Shown here: positions 1 through 7,032 of the stretch, one piece after another
How the letters are laid out: each line of letters opens with the position of its first letter
Numbering within the stretch: position 1 is the stretch's first letter
DNA from: a virus
Strand: one strand, 5' to 3'
Length of the DNA stretch: 37,379 nt
Virus record (IMG/VR): IMGVR_UViG_3300029936_000040
Span: 1-37,379 of that record
Position numbers and translations under genes: made by a program
Notes under the pieces: generated by a model
The model's input: only the letters and a program-made list of their open reading frames with translations
What the model was told of the DNA's origin: nothing
The model's database searches: none

Positions 1-200
1 GCCCGAAAACGGTCTATCTAAGCAGGCCCAAAAACGGACAGAAGAGGATGTAGAAGCAGGCCCGAAAACGGTACAGCTTGAAACGGAAGCAGGCCCGAAA
101 ACGGACATAAGCAGGCCCGAAAACGGACATGAAGCAGGCCCGAAAACGGGCTACGGAACCATCAGTGAACCATCAGGAACCGGTAAACCTAAAAACATTA
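1..200. repeat. Iteron array plus A/T-richer flank: second half of a candidate replication origin that continues from 37238-37379 across the circular junction
   Basis: The 17-mer AGCAGGCCCGAAAACGG occurs at 55-71, 88-104, 110-126 and 133-149. A variant, AGCAGGCCCAAAAACGG, is at 21-37, and nt 1-12 are the tail of the copy starting at 37352. GAACCATCAG follows twice (156-165, 167-176), then an A/T-richer stretch at 182-200. All of this lies inside the initiator ORF, as with lambda ori inside O. Confidence 0.7.
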
Positions 201-598
201 CGCCACGTCGCAAGCCGGAAGGGTTCGATTTCAACGGCCGGCTACTGGCCGAGGGTGTCGCAGAAACAGCCGCCCGGGATTGGGCAACCATCCGAAAAGT
301 GAAGAAGCTCCCGGCAACCCAAACGGCATTTGAAGGACTGCTGAGAGAGTCGGCAAAAGCGGGCGTCACCCTGCAGGCAGCAGTGACCGAATGCTGCGAA
401 CGCGGGTGGGGCGGATTCAAGGCCGAATGGCTGGCGAACAGCAAGGCGAGGGCGGGTCCATCGGCGACACCGGCAAAGATCAACGGCAGCACGCGGCAAT
501 CACGAATCGACAGCTACTGGAACCAGCGATATGGAAACGAACCGCATCAAAGCAGTGAGGAGCGAGACATCACCGGCGAGTCGGAGCGCGTTGCCTGA
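2..598 (+). CDS. Replication initiator (lambda O-like), C-terminal part; the ORF is open from the window edge and continues from 36983-37379
   Basis: Frame 2 is open from nt 2 to the TGA at 596-598. The iterons are translated in frame as EAGPKT / SRPENG peptide repeats. It sits directly upstream of a lambda-P-like gene. Confidence 0.75.
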   Translation, partial: PENGLSKQAQKRTEEDVEAGPKTVQLETEAGPKTDISRPENGHEAGPKTGYGTISEPSGTGKPKNITPRRKPEGFDFNGRLLAEGVAETAARDWATIRKVKKLPATQTAFEGLLRESAKAGVTLQAAVTECCERGWGGFKAEWLANSKARAGPSATPAKINGSTRQSRIDSYWNQRYGNEPHQSSEERDITGESERVA

Positions 599-1136
599 CG
601 CCTGGGTGCGACGGATTTTTGAGCGCATGGAGGATCGCTACGGCGACCAGTGGGCGCAGAAATTCGGGTCTGTGCCGACGCATCGAATGGCGGCAACGTG
701 GGCGGCAGACCTAGCGGACATGAGCGGACCGGAGATTGCGCGCGGTCTAGACGCCTGCAAAGACTCGCGGTTTCCGCCAGGAGTCGCCGACTTCCGGGAG
801 ATGTGCCGGCCGCAACTCGATCACTCGGCGGCGCTTCTTGAGGCAATCGAGCAGATGCAGCGCAGGGCCAGCGACAACGACGCATGGAGTCACCCGGCGA
901 TCTATTGGGCAGCGGCAAGCATTGGGTCTTACGAGCTGCTGAACCGTTCGACGAAAGAGCTTGAGCCGCTATGGCGCCGGGCGTTTGTTGCGCAGATGGC
1001 CAAAGGCGAATGGCCGGCGATACCGAAGCGGGCGCCCGCACTGCCTGCTCCTGGGCAACAGCACACCGAGGCGCACGCAAGGAAGGTGATGGCGGAAATG
1101 ATGGAGAAGCTGCGCGGAAGAGAGGCGGCGGAGTGA
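531..1136 (+). CDS. Replication protein P-like (helicase loader)
   Basis: The layout SRFPPGVADFREMC ... W.HPAIYWAAASIG ... GEWPAIPKRAPALP parallels lambda P (RPFLPSPGQFVAWC ... HYW ... GEAIPEP..LP). It follows the initiator gene. ATG 531 overlaps the upstream ORF by 68 nt; in-frame alternatives are GTG 606 and ATG 627. Confidence 0.7.
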   Translation: METNRIKAVRSETSPASRSALPDAWVRRIFERMEDRYGDQWAQKFGSVPTHRMAATWAADLADMSGPEIARGLDACKDSRFPPGVADFREMCRPQLDHSAALLEAIEQMQRRASDNDAWSHPAIYWAAASIGSYELLNRSTKELEPLWRRAFVAQMAKGEWPAIPKRAPALPAPGQQHTEAHARKVMAEMMEKLRGREAAE

Positions 1137-1387
1137 GCGGCCAGATCGGAAACAACGAGAGCCTCGACCCGCTGCTTTGGGCAAGGCAACCGCAGTCTCA
1201 GAACGCTTGGGATTTGATCGTCAAGGAATCAAAGATCGATCCGCGCTTCCGGGAAATCGTCGAGAAGCACGTCGCAGACGGAGTTTGCTCGGCGGATTTG
1301 CAGCTCGAATACGTGTGGTCATTCGCGGCGCAGAAGTTCGTTCGGCCTGCTTGGTATTCGCGGGTTAATTCGGAGAGGGCGGCATGA
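1133..1387 (+). CDS. Hypothetical protein (84 aa), nin-like region
   Basis: GTG 1133 overlaps the upstream TGA (GTGA coupling). There is no internal ATG in this frame. It is same-strand and tightly packed with its neighbours. Confidence 0.55.
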   Translation: MSGQIGNNESLDPLLWARQPQSQNAWDLIVKESKIDPRFREIVEKHVADGVCSADLQLEYVWSFAAQKFVRPAWYSRVNSERAA

Positions 1388-1620
1388 AAAAAACCGACAC
1401 GGAAACGCTTGTCAAGGCGCTCCGAATTCTGGCCGTCGAGATTCAAAGCGGCGACGGAATCGCAAAAGCGGCGATTGCTGAGGCTGCAGACCGGCTGGAC
1501 GAACTCGCAGCAATCGCGCTGGAGTTGCTCAAGAGCACGCGATGCGAGCAGTCGCTGCCGGAAGGCTGCCAGCGGTGCGCCATTAGTGCCCGGCTTGCGG
1601 CGATTGGGGTGATGTCTTGA
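1384..1620 (+). CDS. Hypothetical protein (78 aa)
   Basis: ATGA overlap with the upstream gene; helical, Ala-rich ORF from the track. Confidence 0.6.
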   Translation: MKKTDTETLVKALRILAVEIQSGDGIAKAAIAEAADRLDELAAIALELLKSTRCEQSLPEGCQRCAISARLAAIGVMS

Positions 1621-1666
1621 TTTCAAAAACGGCCACGCGATCGTGGAATTAAACGGAGCATAAAAA

Positions 1667-1894
1667 ATGGAAACTTTCATACAACCAAAAATCACAGGCT
1701 ATCGCCAGCTGAACGAAGCGGAGGCTGCGCTTATGAACGAAATCAAAGCGCGTGGCGTTGAGCTTGGCGAACTCGTCAACAAGCTGCGCAACACAGCGGG
1801 AATTGACAGCCGGTGGGCAAGCATTGGAGCGACCGACTTGCAGACTGGTCTTATGGCGCTAACGCGCGCAGTCGCCAAGCCGACGACGTTCTAA
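1667..1894 (+). CDS. Acb2/Tad1-like helical-hairpin protein (candidate cyclic-oligonucleotide sponge, anti-CBASS)
   Basis: The 75-aa protein reads ..KITGYRQLNEAEAALMNEIKARGVELGELVNKLR..DSRWASIGATDLQTGLMALTRAVAKPTTF. That is a short N-terminal segment plus two long helices, with a Tyr and a Lys about where I recall Acb2 contacting cGAMP. The call is from memory of the family, not a search. Confidence 0.5.
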   Translation: METFIQPKITGYRQLNEAEAALMNEIKARGVELGELVNKLRNTAGIDSRWASIGATDLQTGLMALTRAVAKPTTF

Positions 1895-1899
1895 GCGCG

Positions 1900-2112
1900 A
1901 TGTGCGGCGCCGCCCCATGCGACAACCCGGACTGTACGCATAGCGAGCAGCATAGAGCGGCGTGCGAGGCGCGAACGGTGATGCGCTGGCATCGGGCGGC
2001 GAGGAAGGATTACTACGCCAGGGTGAGCCGGGCGAGGGGCGAGAAAGCGGCGCGAGAACTGGCGGCGGCCGTATCAGAGCAATGGAAAATCGGCGCGGCG
2101 ATCCCGCGATAA
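1900..2112 (+). CDS. Hypothetical Cys/His-rich protein (70 aa)
   Basis: ATG 1900 lies 6 nt after the upstream stop, in frame with track ORF 1813-2112. N-terminus is MCGAAPCDNPDCTHSEQHRAACEAR. Confidence 0.55.
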   Translation: MCGAAPCDNPDCTHSEQHRAACEARTVMRWHRAARKDYYARVSRARGEKAARELAAAVSEQWKIGAAIPR

Positions 2113-2133
2113 CAGCAAAAAGGAGCATTGAAA

Positions 2134-2430
2134 ATGGCGACATATCATGAACTGGTAGCACAGAAAAAAGAGATTGACGCGAAGATCGAAGAGGCGCGTA
2201 AGGCGGAAGTGTCGGCGGCTGTCGCTGAGGTCAAGCGGATGGTCGGCGAGTACGGGCTGTCGGCTGTCGATTGCGGATTCGGCGCCCCGGCAAAGAATAC
2301 GAAGTACAAAGTGCCGGTCAAGTACCGCGGGCCGAACGGTGAAGCCTGGACAGGGCGCGGGAAAACGCCGGCTTGGGTCATCGCGCAAGAAGCGGCCGGA
2401 CGCACGCGAGAATCGCTCCTGGCAAACTGA
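2134..2430 (+). CDS. H-NS family nucleoid-associated DNA-binding protein
   Basis: The N-terminus is a coiled coil and the C-terminus reads KYRGPNGEAWTGRGKTPAWV, the H-NS DNA-binding motif (W-T/S-G-R/Q-G-R/K-x-P). AGGAG at 2121-2125 sits 8 nt upstream of ATG 2134. The track start at 2128 is a TTG. Confidence 0.8.
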   Translation: MATYHELVAQKKEIDAKIEEARKAEVSAAVAEVKRMVGEYGLSAVDCGFGAPAKNTKYKVPVKYRGPNGEAWTGRGKTPAWVIAQEAAGRTRESLLAN

Positions 2431-2431
2431 C

Positions 2432-2776
2432 ATGACGACCCGGGCGCATGCGGCGATCGCTGAAAAACTCGACCAAGTGGCGGACGAGATGCGCGCGGCG
2501 TCCGACGTCATCCGGGCTCGATCGTCTCGCACGCCAGAAAAGCCGCACCTCGTGGCGCTGTCAAGAAGCGCCCGGGTCGCCGCTCTCATGTTGCGCGCCA
2601 ACATGGCCGAGTCAGACAGGGCGATGCACCTGGCTGGCGAGCTGATTGGCGTCGGATGCGGGCTGCTCGAGTGGGCCGATTACGCGCCATGCGCATCGGT
2701 CGACATGATGAGGGCAGAGAATTTGAGGGCGGTTGCCGGGTTCGTTGCGGCGAGAGCGCAGGAGATTAGGACATGA
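2432..2776 (+). CDS. Hypothetical protein (114 aa)
   Basis: ATG 2432 lies 2 nt after the H-NS stop, in frame with track ORF 2174-2776. Confidence 0.6.
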   Translation: MTTRAHAAIAEKLDQVADEMRAASDVIRARSSRTPEKPHLVALSRSARVAALMLRANMAESDRAMHLAGELIGVGCGLLEWADYAPCASVDMMRAENLRAVAGFVAARAQEIRT

Positions 2777-2940
2777 CGCCAGATAGAGTCGAGGAATTCG
2801 AGGAGCGCGCCGCAATCATCGAATTCGAGTCCGGCGAGCACATCTCGCGGCAGGTGTCCGAGAAATTGGCGGCCGAGTATTTGCAGCTCACGGAAGACGA
2901 AATCGAGTTTTTGCAGGGGAGCGGTGTTGCGCGATTTTGA
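2773..2940 (+). CDS. Hypothetical acidic protein (55 aa)
   Basis: ATGA overlap with the upstream gene. My own translation is MTPDRVEEFEERAAIIEFESGEHISRQVSEKLAAEYLQLTEDEIEFLQGSGVARF. It is below the ORF-track size cutoff. Confidence 0.5.
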   Translation: MTPDRVEEFEERAAIIEFESGEHISRQVSEKLAAEYLQLTEDEIEFLQGSGVARF

Positions 2941-3145
2941 GCGGCGGGAATACGGCGACCCGGAAGCGGTTGCCATCAGGCGAGAGGAACAGACATGCAA
3001 GGGATGCCAGTCAATCGAGACGATAATGGCCTTTGGTGCGGAGCACGAAATCTGCGACGACGGAAGGCCGAAAGCGCGGCGGTGTCGGAAGTACAAGGCC
3101 AAGGATTTGACGACGCGAAGCGGGATCGGGTCGACAAGGTTGTGA
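2924..3145 (+). CDS. Hypothetical small Cys-containing protein (73 aa)
   Basis: GTG start. The sequence contains CKGC...C....C, and third-position GC is higher than in the competing frame (2995 ORF N-terminus). It ends in a GTGA overlap with the Q-like gene start. Confidence 0.45.
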   Translation: MLRDFERREYGDPEAVAIRREEQTCKGCQSIETIMAFGAEHEICDDGRPKARRCRKYKAKDLTTRSGIGSTRL

Positions 3146-3465
3146 GCATTCTGGAAGATTGGGCCAGGTGGCAGCAGGCTTATTCTGTATTCCTCGGAGC
3201 GCCTCGCCGGTCGTTGGGGTTCGACCTTGGCGGATCGGCGGTTACTGCGGAATCAGGAGAGCAGAACAAGGAAGCGGATGACCGGGAGCGGTGCAGAATC
3301 GTGGATGCGTGCATAGACAGTTTGAAGGTGCCTGCACAGAGGGCGGCTATCCATAGACGGTATCTGTCGGCGGTCTATCGCATGCGCGATTACGATCAGG
3401 CGCTGTGCGCGGCTCACGAGGCGCTGCTGGTGGCGTTTCTGGATAAGCGGCTGCTGGTGTCGTGA
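3142..3465 (+). CDS. Antitermination protein Q-like late-gene activator
   Basis: SILEDWARWQQ ... DDRERCRIVDACIDSLKVPAQRAAIHRRYL... parallels lambdoid Q proteins (VLERWGAWAA ... CDDDAMIICGCMARLKK...LLVDYYV). It lies immediately upstream of a promoter-plus-terminator unit. The start is uncertain: GTG 3142 (GTGA coupling), GTG 3082 or ATG 2995, all in frame. Confidence 0.6.
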   Translation: MSILEDWARWQQAYSVFLGAPRRSLGFDLGGSAVTAESGEQNKEADDRERCRIVDACIDSLKVPAQRAAIHRRYLSAVYRMRDYDQALCAAHEALLVAFLDKRLLVS

Positions 3466-3507
3466 ACGGAAAAGCCGTCAAGAAGAATTTTGACAACCAT
3501 CAGGCGC

Positions 3508-3536
3508 TTGACAATGGCCCGAGGCTGTCGCAGAAT
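3508..3536 (+). promoter_or_regulatory. Late promoter (PR'-like), sigma70 type
   Basis: TTGACA at 3508-3513, a 17-nt spacer, then CAGAAT at 3531-3536. A second TTGACA lies at 3490-3495, 18 nt upstream. The unit sits directly downstream of the Q-like gene. Confidence 0.6.
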
Positions 3537-3568
3537 CCGCACGTCGGGGCAGAGGTGCGCCCAAAGAG

Positions 3569-3593
3569 AGCCAGCAGAGATGCTGGCTTTTTT
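3569..3593 (+). terminator. Intrinsic terminator (tR'-like) about 50 nt downstream of the late promoter
   Basis: The stem GCCAGCA (3570-3576) pairs with TGCTGGC (3581-3587) across a GAGA loop. A T6 run follows at 3588-3593. Confidence 0.7.
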
Positions 3594-3631
3594 CGTTCAC
3601 GGATGGTTTTTGCTGTCTAGAAAAGGCTGGA

Positions 3632-4882
3632 ATGCGAGACGTCGTTGTTGGCATGCGTAGCGTTGATTCGCTGATCCCGTACGCAAGGAACGCCCGCACC
3701 CACAGCGATGCGCAAGTGGCGCAGATCGCCGCCAGCATCCGTGAATTCGGATGGACAAATCCGATTCTTGTCGACGGCGAGAGCGGCATCATCGCCGGGC
3801 ATGGCCGACTGCTTGCCGCTCGCAAGTTAAACATGACAGAAGTTCCGTGCATTGAGCTTTCCAGCCTGTCTGAAATTCAGAAGCGCGCCTATATCCTGGC
3901 GGACAACAAGCTTGCGATGAATGCCGGATGGGACGGCGAAATGCTGCGCCTTGAGCTTGGCGAGCTTGCCGCGATGGGCTTCGACACGCTGCTGACCGGG
4001 TTCTCCGACGAGGAATTGCTTGGCCTGAATGATGGAGGAATTCAGCCTGGCCTGACGGACGAGGATGAGGTTTCAGAGCCTCCTGTTGATCCCGTGACAA
4101 GGCTTGGCGACGTGTGGTTGATGGGAAAGCACCGCATTGTTTGCGGCGACTCTACTGACCCGCTCGTTGTCGAAAAGGCTTTGAATGGAGTCGTTCCGCA
4201 TTTGATGGTCACGGACCCGCCGTATGGCGTGGAGTACGACGCTGACTGGAGGAACAAAGCATTCCGAGCCGACGGCTCTCCCATTGGTGGGAGAGCCGTC
4301 GGCAAAGTCATGAATGACAATAATGCCGATTGGCGCGAGGCGTGGGCGCTGTTTCCTGGAGATGTCGCCTATGTGTGGCACGCCCCTGGGGCGCTTTCTG
4401 CAGTTGTATGCGAGTCTCTACAGGCGTCCGGTTTTGATATTCGAGCGCAGATTATTTGGGCCAAGAGTAATTTTGTAATCAGCCGCGGGCATTACCACCG
4501 TGGCCATGAGCCGTGCTGGTATGCCGTCCGAAAAAAAGCGGGGGCGACCGGTCATTGGAACGGCGACAGAACGCAATCGACACTCTGGAAAATCGACAAT
4601 CCAGTCAAAAGCGAGACGGGCCACAGCACGCAGAAGCCAGTCGAGTGCATGCGCCGACCAATCGAAAACAATAGCAGCGTAGGCCAGGCGGTCTATGAGC
4701 CTTTCTCTGGATATGGAACGACGATCATCGCCGCAGAAACAACAGGGCGATGCTGTCATGCCATTGAGCTTAATCCGGCATACGTCGACATGGCCGTGAA
4801 GCGCTGGCAAGACTTCACCGGGAAGCCGGCAACGCTTGAGTCTGACGGGCGAACTTTCGACGAGTGCGCGCAGTGCCAGTAG
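3632..4882 (+). CDS. ParB-like nuclease domain fused to an N6/N4 DNA methyltransferase
   Basis: The N-terminus reads IPYARNARTHSDAQVAQIAASIREFGWTNPILVD..IIAGHGRLLAARKL (ParB/Srx-type). The C-terminal half carries MVTDPPYGVEY (DPPY, motif IV) and VYEPFSGYGTT (FxGxG-like). Confidence 0.85.
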   Translation: MRDVVVGMRSVDSLIPYARNARTHSDAQVAQIAASIREFGWTNPILVDGESGIIAGHGRLLAARKLNMTEVPCIELSSLSEIQKRAYILADNKLAMNAGWDGEMLRLELGELAAMGFDTLLTGFSDEELLGLNDGGIQPGLTDEDEVSEPPVDPVTRLGDVWLMGKHRIVCGDSTDPLVVEKALNGVVPHLMVTDPPYGVEYDADWRNKAFRADGSPIGGRAVGKVMNDNNADWREAWALFPGDVAYVWHAPGALSAVVCESLQASGFDIRAQIIWAKSNFVISRGHYHRGHEPCWYAVRKKAGATGHWNGDRTQSTLWKIDNPVKSETGHSTQKPVECMRRPIENNSSVGQAVYEPFSGYGTTIIAAETTGRCCHAIELNPAYVDMAVKRWQDFTGKPATLESDGRTFDECAQCQ

Positions 4883-4923
4883 GACGCCTCCCGACGCCGA
4901 CTCGTTTGCTCTGGTACTGAAAT

Positions 4924-5307
4924 ATGGCAAGGCCAACATTCAAGCCGACAGACCAAAACCGCCTCTACGTTGAGCAGCTATCGGCGTTTGGGATTCCAGC
5001 GGCGCAGATTGTCGGGCTGATACCTGGAAGCAACGGAAAGCCAATTTCAGAGGGCACGCTGCGAAAGTATTTCTCAGCGGAACTTGAAACTGGAACGACG
5101 AAAGCCAACGCCAGAGTAGCAAATACGCTCTTCAATAAGGCGATAAAGGGCGACACGACGTCATGCATATTCTGGCTTAAGACGCGCGCCGGATGGCGAG
5201 AGACGAGCGTCGTTAAGATGGAAATCGAGCAAGTGCCGGACGAGGAGCTTGATGGGCGCATCGCTGAGCTTGCACGAAAAGCGGGAACTGCTCGCGCTAC
5301 TGACTGA
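4924..5307 (+). CDS. Terminase small subunit
   Basis: 127 aa immediately upstream of the large terminase. It contains TLRKYFSAELETG...ANTLFNKAIKGD..SCIFWLKTRAGWRE, a pattern typical of small-terminase families. Confidence 0.7.
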   Translation: MARPTFKPTDQNRLYVEQLSAFGIPAAQIVGLIPGSNGKPISEGTLRKYFSAELETGTTKANARVANTLFNKAIKGDTTSCIFWLKTRAGWRETSVVKMEIEQVPDEELDGRIAELARKAGTARATD

Positions 5308-6694
5308 GCAGGAGCGGCGCCGGTCCCTGCTCAAGTGGTTGAGCTTCTACCCGGAAGACGGGCCTTTGCGGCGCGAGCTTTACCAGAAGCACCTTGCTTT
5401 TTTCGCTGCCGGCGCGCGATACCCGCAGCGGATGATGATGGCCGCGAACCGAGTCGGAAAAACCGAGGGAGTCGGCGCTTACGAGGTCTCGCTGCACCTC
5501 ACCGGCAATTATCCGGGCTGGTGGCCTGGCAAGCGATTCACGCGCCAAACGCGCGGATGGGCGGCAGGCGACACGCGTCAGACGGTTCGCGACATCCTCG
5601 TAGAAAAGCTGCTCGGGCCGAAGTCTGCGCGCGGCACTGGCATGATTCCAGGGCGCCAGATTGTGCGCATCGTGCCGCAGCCTGGCGTGCCTGATGGCGT
5701 CGAGCTGGTCGAGGTCAAGCACGCGAGCGGAAAGATTTCTCGCCTCGGGTTCAAGAGTTTTGACCAGGGTCGAGTCTCTTTTCAGGGCACGGAACAGGAT
5801 TTTGTTTGGTTGGACGAAGAGCCTCCGCCTGACGTCTATGAGGAGTGCCTGACTAGGACGATGACGACTGGAGGCCTGCTTCTGCTGACCTTCACTCCGC
5901 TGTCGGGGCTGTCGGACGTGGTGATGATGTTCCTGCCGGGAGGAGACATCCGAGAGCAGGCGGACGAGAAAAGCGGCCGATTCGTGGTCATGGCGACGTG
6001 GGATGATGTGCCGCACCTCGACGAACGCACCAAAGAAATGCTGTTTGCTTCATACATGCCGTTTCAGCGCGACGCCCGCACCAGGGGCGTTCCGGCGCTC
6101 GGTAGCGGGGCGATTTACCCGGTGCCAGAGTCCGACATCGTGGTTCCGGATTTCGCGCTTGCGGAGCACTGGCCGCGATGCTACGGGCTCGATGTGGGGT
6201 GGAATCGCACCGCGGCAATTTGGGGCGCTGTCGATCGAGAGACGGGCACGACGTACCTCTACTCGCAGCACTACCGCGGCGAGGCAGAGCCGATCGTGCA
6301 TGCGCAGGCGATCAAAAACCGCGGCGAGTGGATTCCAGGCGCGATTGATCCCGCGAGCCGCGGCCGATCGCAGAACGACGGCCAGCAGCTCATGGATTTG
6401 TACTGCGGCATGGGGCTTGATCTGGCTCCAGCGGATAACGCGGTCGAGTCAGGCATCTACGACACGTGGACGCTTCTCTCTGCCGGAAAACTCAAGGTGT
6501 TTGCGAGCTGCCAGGACTGGATCAACGAGTACCGGATTTATAGGCGAGACGACAAGGGGCGCGTGGTGAAAAAGCACGATCACTTGATGGACGCCTCTCG
6601 GTATCTCGTGCGAACCGGGCGCGACCTGGCGCGCTGCAAGCCAACCGACAAGCAAGACGAGCAAAGCTACGGGGGCGGCGGATGGATGGGCTAA
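5252..6694 (+). CDS. Terminase large subunit
   Basis: Walker-A-like ANRVGKTEG and Walker-B-like FVWLDEEPP, with a C-terminal nuclease-type half. ATG 5252; the track begins at TTG 5249. Confidence 0.85.
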   Translation: MGASLSLHEKRELLALLTEQERRRSLLKWLSFYPEDGPLRRELYQKHLAFFAAGARYPQRMMMAANRVGKTEGVGAYEVSLHLTGNYPGWWPGKRFTRQTRGWAAGDTRQTVRDILVEKLLGPKSARGTGMIPGRQIVRIVPQPGVPDGVELVEVKHASGKISRLGFKSFDQGRVSFQGTEQDFVWLDEEPPPDVYEECLTRTMTTGGLLLLTFTPLSGLSDVVMMFLPGGDIREQADEKSGRFVVMATWDDVPHLDERTKEMLFASYMPFQRDARTRGVPALGSGAIYPVPESDIVVPDFALAEHWPRCYGLDVGWNRTAAIWGAVDRETGTTYLYSQHYRGEAEPIVHAQAIKNRGEWIPGAIDPASRGRSQNDGQQLMDLYCGMGLDLAPADNAVESGIYDTWTLLSAGKLKVFASCQDWINEYRIYRRDDKGRVVKKHDHLMDASRYLVRTGRDLARCKPTDKQDEQSYGGGGWMG

Positions 6695-7026
6695 ACGTGA
6701 GAGAGGTTCGATCAGGCTCGGCAAGTGCGATCGTCGCCGAGAGCCTGGCCATGCCGCCGCGCATCCGGTCAAAGGTGCTCGAAGTGCGCAGCGTCTACGT
6801 GCCCGAGAACAACCGCAAAGCTGGCCTCGGAAATGCGTTGCTGCGCAAGCTGTGCGCTGATGCTGACATCGCAGGAAATGCGCTGTTCCTGATGCCTGAC
6901 GGCAGCGACGAGGCCGAAACGGCGCGCCTTGAGCGTTGGTACGCAACACACGGATTCGAGCGCATCCAGGGCGATCCGGTTGTGGTCATGCTCCGCAAGC
7001 CGCAACATCCGCTGATCAAACACTGA
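6682..7026 (+). CDS. Small GNAT-family N-acetyltransferase-like protein
   Basis: VYVPENNRKAGLGNALLRKL matches GNAT motif A (R/Q-x-x-G-x-G/A), followed by LERWYATHGFE. The protein is only 114 aa. GTG 6697 is an alternative start. Confidence 0.55.
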   Translation: MDGLNVREVRSGSASAIVAESLAMPPRIRSKVLEVRSVYVPENNRKAGLGNALLRKLCADADIAGNALFLMPDGSDEAETARLERWYATHGFERIQGDPVVVMLRKPQHPLIKH

Positions 7027-7032
7027 GGCAGC

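Noticed and set aside
1-149. Possibility that the AGCAGGCCCGAAAACGG repeats, or the 12-bp array at 31949-32344, are CRISPR arrays.
   Set aside because: The repeats are 17 or 12 nt with irregular short spacers or none. They lie inside ORFs and there are no cas genes. The iteron and coding-repeat explanations fit better.
2995-3141. Using ATG 2995 as the start of the Q-like gene (156-aa version).
   Set aside because: The extra N-terminal ~49 aa are Arg-rich with weaker third-position GC than the overlapping 2924-3145 frame. Q-like similarity begins near ILEDW, and GTG 3142 gives the GTGA coupling typical of this genome. The longer form cannot be excluded.
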